Assembly (NCBI GenBank): GCA_031367385.1
Contig: JANLPS010000328.1
Coordinates: 1-21,437, forward strand
Direction of reading: 5' to 3'
From: Archangium sp.
GTDB lineage: Bacteria > Myxococcota > Myxococcia > Myxococcales > Myxococcaceae
DNA: 21,437 nucleotides
The translations under genes were made by a program, and so were the position numbers. Under the pieces are notes generated by a model, which was not told the DNA's origin, searched no databases, and saw nothing but the letters and a program-made list of their open reading frames with translations. This document shows, piece after piece, positions 1 through 6,805 of this stretch. Every line of letters begins with the position of its first letter. The stretch's first letter is position 1.

Positions 1-1
1 C

Positions 2-928
2 CCCATCTACTTCGCGGTCGGCGCCGACGCGACCAAGCCGGCCAAAGTGGTCGAGGCGATCGCCGCTGACCTCTCGCCGGTCGACCAAGGCGGCTGGGTC
101 GCGATGGGCAATGACGTCGCGGTGTACCACCTGATTCAGCCCATCACTGACGTCGCCCCGATCAAAGTCGCGACTGGCGCGCTCACCGCGACCGACGTGA
201 ACAAGGGCTTCGCGATGGTCGGCTACGGCTCGAAAGACAACTACGAAGACTTGACCGGCTACCTCTCGTCGACCCGCGCCACCGGCAAGGCCACCCTGCG
301 CGCGCTCGAGGGCAAAGACTTCGAGCTGATGTACGGCAACTACGAGACCTTCTTCAAGTTCATGGTCTCGGTCTACGGCTTGGCCATCGCGACCGAGTAC
401 GAAGACGTGATTCGCGGCTGGTACGACGGCTACAAGGTGCTCTCGGGCTACGAGGCGTACACTGGCCACGTGGCTGGCGATGCGCAGGCGTGCCACGGCG
501 ACTCGGGCGGCCCGTTGCTCGGTCGTGAGAAGGGCGAGAAGGCCATCTTCGGCGTCGCCTCGGGCGTGTTCTTCTCATCGCAGCTGACCTGCGACATGGG
601 CACCTTCTACGGCACCATCGGCGCCGAGACCCAGACGTTCATCAACCAGGCCGTTCGCTACACCGACCCCTGCGGCCACGGCTTGACCGCGGCTGGCTAC
701 TGCGATGGCGACGTCGCCATTCGCTGCAGCGACAAGTGGGAAGGCGACCGCCGCGTGACGGAGCTCGACTGCAGCCTGCTCGACCAGAAGTGCTCGGTTG
801 GCGCCAGCGGCCGCGTCGGTTGCGGCGATGACAGCGTTGCGCCCCACGCGGCTGCGCCGACGGTCAAAGAGATTCGCACCGCGATCGTTCACACCAGCCA
901 CAAGCCGGTGATGTTGCCCAAGAAGTAA
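2..928 (+). CDS. Trypsin-like (S1) serine protease with C-terminal Cys-rich domain; 5'-partial
   Basis: Frame is open from base 2 (PIYFAVGADATKPAKV...), so the start lies upstream of the window. Catalytic Asp context NDVAVYHL and catalytic Ser motif CHGDSGGP are present. The tail DPCGHG...CDGD...C...DC...KC...GC is Cys-rich. The catalytic His would lie upstream of the window. Confidence 0.88.
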   Translation, partial: PIYFAVGADATKPAKVVEAIAADLSPVDQGGWVAMGNDVAVYHLIQPITDVAPIKVATGALTATDVNKGFAMVGYGSKDNYEDLTGYLSSTRATGKATLRALEGKDFELMYGNYETFFKFMVSVYGLAIATEYEDVIRGWYDGYKVLSGYEAYTGHVAGDAQACHGDSGGPLLGREKGEKAIFGVASGVFFSSQLTCDMGTFYGTIGAETQTFINQAVRYTDPCGHGLTAAGYCDGDVAIRCSDKWEGDRRVTELDCSLLDQKCSVGASGRVGCGDDSVAPHAAAPTVKEIRTAIVHTSHKPVMLPKK

Positions 929-950
929 GCAGCGCTGAACGAAGTGCAGT

Positions 951-988
951 GAAGAGGGCTCGAAGCTAAGCGCTTCGGGCCCTTTTTC
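951..988 (+). terminator. Rho-independent terminator
   Basis: Hairpin AGGGCTCGAAGC-taagc-GCTTCGGGCCCT (one G-U pair) running into a T tract, about 22 nt after the protease stop codon. Confidence 0.85.
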
Positions 989-1042
989 TGTGGCGCTCCA
1001 TGCCCCGAACCACTTGATTTCGCTTCGGTCGGGCGCTCGAAA

Positions 1043-1082
1043 CTGAACCTCGAGGTTCAGATTTCTGAACCTCGAGGTTCAC
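1043..1082. repeat. Tandem pair of 18-bp palindromes (operator-like or REP-like)
   Basis: CTGAACCTCGAGGTTCAG (1043-1060, perfect palindrome), ATTT, then CTGAACCTCGAGGTTCAC (1065-1082). The period is 22 bp. Confidence 0.9.
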
Positions 1083-1159
1083 ATCGCGCCCGGTGCAGAT
1101 ATCCAGTCGTCAGCGGGTTTCGGCCCACCCACCGCCGTCGTCCACTAGGGTGCGGCCCC

Positions 1160-3889
1160 ATGATCCTCCGCCCGGTAGGTCTCGCGTTGCTCGTGATGGG
1201 TCTCCTGCCGGTCGCCTGCACCAGCACGCCGCCCGTCGTGGGCGTACCCCACTGCGACGGAGGCACCACCGCCTGCGGCAATGAGTGCGTGCGCCTCGCC
1301 GACGACTCGGCCCACTGCGGCGCGTGCGGCACCACCTGTGATTCGACCAAGGCCTGCGCGGCCTCGCAGTGCTACCCGCGAGACTGCGCCTCGGCCGACT
1401 GCTCGGCGAGCCAAGTCTGCCCCGCCGGAGCCTGTGTCGAACGGTCGTGCGTCGGAGTCACCTGCCCCGGCGGCTCGGCCTGCTTTCAAGGCACCTGTGT
1501 GACCTCGTCATGCGACACCACCAGCTGCGAGGCGGGCTTCGCGTGCATCAACGGCACCTGCACCGATGGTTCTTGCTTCGGCGTGCGCTGCCCCACGGGC
1601 TCGAGCTGCCGCCTCGGCGCCTGTGTCGACTCGTCGAGCTGTGCGAACAGCATGAAAGACGGCACCGAGAGCGACGTCGACTGCGGCGGTGCCTGCGCGA
1701 CCAAGTGCACCGAGGGCTCAACCTGCGCCGGAGGCAACGACTGCAACAGCGGCCGCTGCACCTCGGGCCACTGCGCCCCCGGAGGCGCGATGGCCACCTG
1801 CACCGACACCAAGAAAAACGGCAGCGAGACCGACGTCGACTGCGGAGGCGCCTGCACCACCAAGTGCGGCACCGGCGGAGGCTGTACGGTCGGAGCCGAC
1901 TGCGCTGACGGCGTCTGCACCTCGGGCCGCTGCGCTGCGGTCGCGGCGACCTGCACCGACGCGAAGAAGAATGGCAGCGAGACCGACATCGACTGTGGCG
2001 GCACCTGCCCGACGAAGTGCGCCACCGACGCCGGCTGCACCTTGCCGCAAGATTGCGCCACCGGTGCCTGCACCTCGGGGCGATGCACCGGCCCGTCATG
2101 CACCGACGGCCAGAAGAACGGCACCGAGACCGCCACCGACTGCGGAGGCCTCTGCGTCACCAAATGCGCCGCGGGTGAAGGCTGCTCCGCCCACGCCGAT
2201 TGCCAGACGGGCCGCTGCATCCCCGCGACGGGGCTGTGTGCTGACAGCTGCAGCAACGGCGCGAAAGACGTCTCCGAGAGCGACATCGACTGCGGTGGCA
2301 GCTGCACCGCGCGCTGCATGAACAACCAGAAGTGCACCGTGGCTGGCGACTGCGCCTCGAAGCGCTGCGTGAACCAGATCTGCCAGAGCTCGTCGTGCAC
2401 CGACTCCGTGCTCGATGGCGATGAGACCGATGTCGACTGCGGTGGCAGCTGCCCCGTCAAGTGCGCCGTCGGCGCCGGGTGCGCGGTCGGCCCCGACTGC
2501 CTCGAGAAGGTCTGCGTGAGCATGAAGTGCGCGGCGCCGACCTGCTCCGACGGGCAACGCAACGGCTCTGAATCAGACCTCGACTGCGGGCGCCTCTGCT
2601 CGGTGCGCTGCGCCTCGGGCCAACGCTGCGTCATCGACAACGACTGCGCGCTCGGTAAGTGCACCGGCGGCATCTGCCCCAACTTCGTGCCGAGCTGTTC
2701 TGACGGGTACCTGAACCAAGACGAGGTCGACATCGACTGCGGCGGCACCAAGTGCGCGGCGTGCATCAACGGCAAGACCTGCGTGGCTCCGGGCGATTGC
2801 CAATCGGCGTTCTGTTCGGTGCAACTCAAGTGCGTCGCCGGCTTCTCCGACTCGCTGGTCGCGCCGATGAGCAACCTGACCTCGGGCATCGCCGCTGGAG
2901 ACCTGAACGGCGACGGCGTCATCGACCTGGTGACCTCCGAGGGCTCGGCCCTCGCGAGGCGCCTGGGCCAGCGAGACGCAGGTTTCGCCGACCCGACCAC
3001 GGTGCCGCTGCCGACGTTCTACAGCCAGCCGCTCGTTGCGTTAGCCGACTTCGGCAACGACGGGTTTCTCGATGCGGTGGTGATGGCGACCAACAACGCG
3101 GGAGCCGAGGTGCTCTTCTTCAAAGGCACCTCGACGAGCTTCCTGGCGCCGACGTCATCGTCTCCGGTGCCGCTGGGCACCAATTCGCGGGCGTTCGCGC
3201 TCGCCGACTTCGATGGAGACGGCAAGCTCGACGTGGCGAACGCGTGGGGCAACAACGGCGGCAGCGGCCCCGGCGGCTTCAACGTCATGAAGGGCGGCGC
3301 GCTCGGCCTCACCGCGTCGGCCGCGGTCACCATCAGCGGGCGCACGCCGGTCGCGAAGAACTGCCAGGCCATCGCGGTCGGCAACTTCGACAACGACACC
3401 AAGCCCGACCTGGCCATCGGCTGCGACCCCAACCAGGTGTGGGTCGCGCTCAACCAGGGCGGCATGGTCTTTCAGCTCACCTCGAGCGTGCTCACGACCG
3501 CCAGCGCGCCCTCGTCGCTGGTGGCGTACGACTTCACCGGCGACGGCAAAATCGACCTGGTCTATGGCGATGATGCGGGTCACGTCGGCGTGATGGTCGG
3601 CAACGGCGACGGCACCTTCGCGGCCCCCGCCAACACCCAGTCAGCCGGGTGGATACGCGGGTTGCAAGCCCGCGACGTGAACGGCGACGGCAAGACCGAC
3701 CTGGTGATGATGAACGGCGGTATCGCCGTCTTGCTCGGCGACGGCTCAGGCTCGTTCAGCACCGGCCCGTCGTACCCCTACGCCTCGTACCTGCAGCAGC
3801 TCGCCACTGGCGACTTCGACGGTGATGGGCTCATCGACATCTGCGTGTCGTACGTGAACAGCAGCGTGTTGTGCCGGTATCGCCGCTGA
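1160..3889 (+). CDS. Large lipoprotein with myxobacterial Cys-rich repeats and C-terminal FG-GAP/VCBS beta-propeller (adhesin-like)
   Basis: Signal peptide with lipobox LPVAC. Eight repeats of the form CxD/NxxxN/DxxExxxDCG..C...C...C...DC....C....C. Seven DxD/NxDGxxD-type blades: GDLNGDGVID, ADFGNDGFLD, ADFDGDGKLD, GNFDNDTKPD, YDFTGDGKID, RDVNGDGKTD, GDFDGDGLID. Strong GC3 bias. Confidence 0.9.
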   Translation: MILRPVGLALLVMGLLPVACTSTPPVVGVPHCDGGTTACGNECVRLADDSAHCGACGTTCDSTKACAASQCYPRDCASADCSASQVCPAGACVERSCVGVTCPGGSACFQGTCVTSSCDTTSCEAGFACINGTCTDGSCFGVRCPTGSSCRLGACVDSSSCANSMKDGTESDVDCGGACATKCTEGSTCAGGNDCNSGRCTSGHCAPGGAMATCTDTKKNGSETDVDCGGACTTKCGTGGGCTVGADCADGVCTSGRCAAVAATCTDAKKNGSETDIDCGGTCPTKCATDAGCTLPQDCATGACTSGRCTGPSCTDGQKNGTETATDCGGLCVTKCAAGEGCSAHADCQTGRCIPATGLCADSCSNGAKDVSESDIDCGGSCTARCMNNQKCTVAGDCASKRCVNQICQSSSCTDSVLDGDETDVDCGGSCPVKCAVGAGCAVGPDCLEKVCVSMKCAAPTCSDGQRNGSESDLDCGRLCSVRCASGQRCVIDNDCALGKCTGGICPNFVPSCSDGYLNQDEVDIDCGGTKCAACINGKTCVAPGDCQSAFCSVQLKCVAGFSDSLVAPMSNLTSGIAAGDLNGDGVIDLVTSEGSALARRLGQRDAGFADPTTVPLPTFYSQPLVALADFGNDGFLDAVVMATNNAGAEVLFFKGTSTSFLAPTSSSPVPLGTNSRAFALADFDGDGKLDVANAWGNNGGSGPGGFNVMKGGALGLTASAAVTISGRTPVAKNCQAIAVGNFDNDTKPDLAIGCDPNQVWVALNQGGMVFQLTSSVLTTASAPSSLVAYDFTGDGKIDLVYGDDAGHVGVMVGNGDGTFAAPANTQSAGWIRGLQARDVNGDGKTDLVMMNGGIAVLLGDGSGSFSTGPSYPYASYLQQLATGDFDGDGLIDICVSYVNSSVLCRYRR
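1637..2833 (+). repeat. Eight ~150-bp intragenic repeats encoding 8-Cys modules
   Basis: Recurring GAG(A)xCGACxTCGACTGCGG cores that translate as ETDVDCGG, ESDIDCGG and variants, eight times. Confidence 0.9.
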
Positions 3890-3980
3890 CGCTCCGTGGG
3901 CCATACGCTCGTGAGTGGTTCATCGTCGACGCTCAGTGATGGACGAAGTGATTCTCTGAACTGTGTAGCCCCGACGGCCC

Positions 3981-4691
3981 TCAGATGTCGCAGCCGGGGT
4001 CGGCGTCTCGACGAGTGTGCTTCACCAATTTGGTGCCCGCTCGGGGCAGCTGATACGTCTCGTACACCGCGTGGGGGCACCCGGTTTTCGTGTCGACGTC
4101 GAGATCATACAGAGCGATCAACCAGTACTCCGCGCGCTCGAGCACAGTGACGCTGGCCCTCGAAGTGAGCCTGAGGCGTGGGCGAGCGTCATTGAGCACG
4201 CGCAAACGCTCGAGCACCTGCGCTGGCATCGTCGTCGATTCGAACGCGCGTTCACCGATCTGCGAGCCGTAAACGTACGAGAACGGATCGTCGCCCTCGT
4301 CGGTCACGTTCGATAGAATTCGCCAGTCTGATGTCGGCTTGCCCGACCCCTGAGCCACAGACAGGGTGAACATCGCCGCGGCCCGTTTACCGCGAGGTAT
4401 GAAGAGGGGGCTCGAGAACTCAAGCCTGATCTCGACGAGTCTTTTTTGTCTCGAAATCGTGGCCTTGCCGAACTCGCCGCGACGTACCGTTGAATGCGGC
4501 CACTGCTGCTGAATGAAGGCTTCGGCCCAGTCGAGGGTCTGCTCGTCAGTCATGGCCGAGAGCTTCGCAAACAGCGAGGCCGTCTCATTCGGCTCATCGG
4601 CGTGGGCCAAGCCCGAAAACAACACGACGCCGCCACAGAAGATCCACGCGGTCATGCTCTTGGCCGAAATCGGGTTGAACCGTCGAAGCAT
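3981..4691 (-). CDS. Hypothetical exported protein (Sec signal peptide); candidate immunity protein
   Basis: 236-aa ORF with a hydrophobic segment ending in AHA-DE (signal peptidase I site) and an AAGGGG SD-like sequence upstream. Two C-terminal Cys. Lies 39 bp downstream of the 362-aa gene on the same strand. No family recognised. Confidence 0.65.
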   Translation of the reverse strand: MLRRFNPISAKSMTAWIFCGGVVLFSGLAHADEPNETASLFAKLSAMTDEQTLDWAEAFIQQQWPHSTVRRGEFGKATISRQKRLVEIRLEFSSPLFIPRGKRAAAMFTLSVAQGSGKPTSDWRILSNVTDEGDDPFSYVYGSQIGERAFESTTMPAQVLERLRVLNDARPRLRLTSRASVTVLERAEYWLIALYDLDVDTKTGCPHAVYETYQLPRAGTKLVKHTRRDADPGCDI

Positions 4692-4730
4692 GGTACGCCC
4701 CTTCGAAGACCAGATGGGCTGAAGCGACTC

Positions 4731-5819
4731 TTACGTGCGAGGCATGGGAGTCAGCGGAAGCGCAGCCTTCCACTTTCCAGCAACGAAGACGCCTCTGACC
4801 TGTCCAAACAGCCACGGCGCGAACTTGCCTTGAGTCGAGTGGTAGTACCCATTGAAGTCTTCATCGAGCTGGTGTGGCCTCCCGTCGAGAATTTCAGCCG
4901 AGGAGCCTCGGTCGAGGGCGTAATGAAGCGATGTTGTACGCCACTTGCGCCCAACCGTAGGGTCGAACTCAGCCTTTGCGCCCTTCTCGACCTGAATGGT
5001 CGCACCAGACACTGGCGTTGCGCCGTAAACCGACTTCAGCACCTCGACGACGTCTTTCCCTTCTACGACTCCGTAATATTGATCTTTGCTCCCTCGGTTC
5101 GAATAGTTACAGCCCAAAGCGACAGTGAGTGTCTTGGGCACGGCAACGGCGTTTTCGAATTTGTCGAACACGAATTGCCCCGCGGCGTTCTTCTTCATCG
5201 CGACGACATTGACCAAGTCGCCCGGAACACTGCCTTTCCACTCAGTGTCGCCGTCGTACTTGGTTTCAATGATTCGATTCATGACGACGAATTGTTTTCC
5301 TTCGACGGTGACGATCTTGAGCCCGCCCCATCTCGCCCGAGTATTTGCATCTATCTGCCCCTCGGGGTTTGTGCCGAAGAGCCTCTCTTTCGCCATGAAG
5401 GCCTTGGCCCCGACGGTAACCTCTTTCGGTACTGGTTGACCCGCGTCACCAGCGGCCGATTGTTTGAGTGCAGTGAGCAGCTCCTTCTCGAACGCCTTGG
5501 GAGTGGACGCTGAAACTGGCCGGCCAGAAGAAACTTCGGCCACCGCGCTGTGGACATTGGGCCCAATCTCTTCGAACACGGGCCGCGCGTGGTTCGAGAG
5601 GGCATAATCGGCGGTACGAATTGAGATGCCCCTGCTCGCGTCTTCGAATGCGAGGCGCGAAATACCCGGTAAAAACGTATCGGGGTTTGCGACGGGCTCG
5701 GTCTTCTCTTGCGGCTCGTTCTCGCGTCGGGCCTCGCTTGTGCCGATTCGGCTCGCACGGCTGTCAGCTGTGCCCGGGCTCGTGACGAGGTTGCTGCCGA
5801 TAGTGATCGTGTTGCTCAT
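4731..5819 (-). CDS. Hypothetical protein, no signal peptide, low-complexity N-terminus; candidate secreted effector
   Basis: 362-aa ORF with AGGAG 8 nt upstream of the ATG and protein-like composition. Polar, disordered-looking first ~50 aa. No family recognised. Confidence 0.75.
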   Translation of the reverse strand: MSNTITIGSNLVTSPGTADSRASRIGTSEARRENEPQEKTEPVANPDTFLPGISRLAFEDASRGISIRTADYALSNHARPVFEEIGPNVHSAVAEVSSGRPVSASTPKAFEKELLTALKQSAAGDAGQPVPKEVTVGAKAFMAKERLFGTNPEGQIDANTRARWGGLKIVTVEGKQFVVMNRIIETKYDGDTEWKGSVPGDLVNVVAMKKNAAGQFVFDKFENAVAVPKTLTVALGCNYSNRGSKDQYYGVVEGKDVVEVLKSVYGATPVSGATIQVEKGAKAEFDPTVGRKWRTTSLHYALDRGSSAEILDGRPHQLDEDFNGYYHSTQGKFAPWLFGQVRGVFVAGKWKAALPLTPMPRT

Positions 5820-5950
5820 GGTTGAAGCTCCTGGTGAGGTTGAAAATGATGAAGGCTCAGAGTTGTCGAGAGCTCAGAAAGAGAGTGTCGTGGTTCGAAG
5901 CACTTCCCCTCCGGAATGCGACGTTCCTGACCGGTCGATACAGACCCTCA

Positions 5951-6019
5951 TCAGATCGCCGCCTGTTCAGAAGGGTTCAGGTGAAAACTGAGCTGCCGCG
6001 GTGCGAGCGATTTTCTCAT
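5951..6019 (-). other. 22-codon small ORF with strong SD (leader peptide or 5' gene remnant)
   Basis: AGAAGGAGA-N7-ATG followed by MRKSLAPRQLSFHLNPSEQAAI*. A 7-bp hairpin CGACGCC/GGCGTCG (6036-6060) lies immediately 5' of the SD. Confidence 0.35.
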
Positions 6020-6246
6020 GGTTGGATCTCCTTCTCGACGCCGTGCCCATCAGGGCGTCGCCCTTCTCACACGCCGCGAGCGCTCTGGCGTCGCTGCGGC
6101 CGGAGATCAGCCGCCGAGGCGCGCGATTTCGACCGGCCCGTACAAAGCGCGAACAGCGAGGCTCGAACTGAACCGAGCAAAGACCTGTTGAAGGCGCCCG
6201 GCACGCGCCTTTGGTCACTTCAGTGACCGCAGCACCGAGGTTGGTA

Positions 6247-6293
6247 GAGCCAGAGCGGGTACGAACCCGGTGCGCACCGGCGTGACCGCGATT
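6247..6293 (+). repeat. Collapsed duplicate of the dmpA 5' region
   Basis: 6247-6268 is identical to 9281-9302 (22 bp) and 6266-6293 is identical to 9481-9508 (28 bp). The two blocks are joined through a shared CCC. Confidence 0.92.
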
Positions 6294-6445
6294 TTTGAAG
6301 CAGCCTCGACTGCTCAAGTGCCTGGAGCGGACGCTGCGCGTCGCCGTCGAGTCACCCTACGCCAGCGCAGGCATTCGAGCTTGCAGCGGTATGTGGGTAG
6401 GCGCTGCGGCTCGATTGCTCGTGGCCTTGCTGGTAAGGCAGTCGC

Positions 6446-6805
6446 ATGTCCGAGCTCAACGAGTTTCTCTCGCAGGAGCTGCCCGCGTTTCTTGCGGCCG
6501 TGAAGTACGACTTCGAGCAACCCGTGGTCGTGTTGCAGGTCGTCGTACCCGGCCACCGGGAGCTGCGAACGCACTATCAGCTGACCGCCCAGGGCGTCAC
6601 CGCCAGGTCAGATCTCTCTGAGGTCGCGCCCGACGTGACGTTGGCGATTCAACTGCCAGAGCTCGAGCAGCTGCGGTCTCATTCTCTCAATCTTCGAGAG
6701 GCGATTGTGCTCGGGAGAATACAGTTGTTCGGAGACCCCCACGTTGCGCAGCGCCTTGGGCGACTGTTAAGCGGAAGCAACCTCTGGGGAGCACCAGCGC
6801 CATGA
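6446..6805 (+). CDS. SCP2 (sterol carrier protein 2)-like lipid-binding domain protein
   Basis: 119 aa. The C-terminal half PDVTLAI...L..LR..SLNLREAIVLGRIQLFGD...AQRLGRLL fits the SCP2 pattern (pDvtl...l..G.l....A...Gkikv.GD...a.kl). The stop overlaps the next ATG (ATGA). Confidence 0.72.
   Translation: MSELNEFLSQELPAFLAAVKYDFEQPVVVLQVVVPGHRELRTHYQLTAQGVTARSDLSEVAPDVTLAIQLPELEQLRSHSLNLREAIVLGRIQLFGDPHVAQRLGRLLSGSNLWGAPAP

Noticed and set aside
1044..1059. 16-bp palindrome as a parS site or a canonical LexA box
   Set aside because: It matches the parS-type TGTTCCACGTGGAACA at only 10/16 positions, and the spacer between CTGAAC and GTTCAG is 6 bp rather than the 4 bp of LexA boxes.
1043..2833. 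Palindrome pair or the ~150-bp repeats as a CRISPR array
   Set aside because: Only two palindromes with a 4-bp spacer. The longer repeats are degenerate, in frame and protein-coding, and no cas genes are present.
1486..3000. 504-aa minus-strand ORF (also 6679..7836, 15625..16728, 20448..21434 and the many Arg/Pro/Ala-rich alternative-frame ORFs)
   Set aside because: Shadow ORFs overlapping well-supported genes. Stop codons are scarce in GC3-biased DNA and the translations show no domain features.
4494..5513. 339-aa plus-strand ORF
   Set aside because: Antisense to the two minus-strand genes, which have SD sequences, a signal peptide and more protein-like composition.
5822..6621. ORFs 5822..6226, 5967..6317, 6270..6503 and 6295..6621 in the divergent intergenic region
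   Set aside because: No SD, codon bias or recognisable domain. The RTGVTAI peptide in 6270..6503 is explained by the duplicated dmpA fragment.
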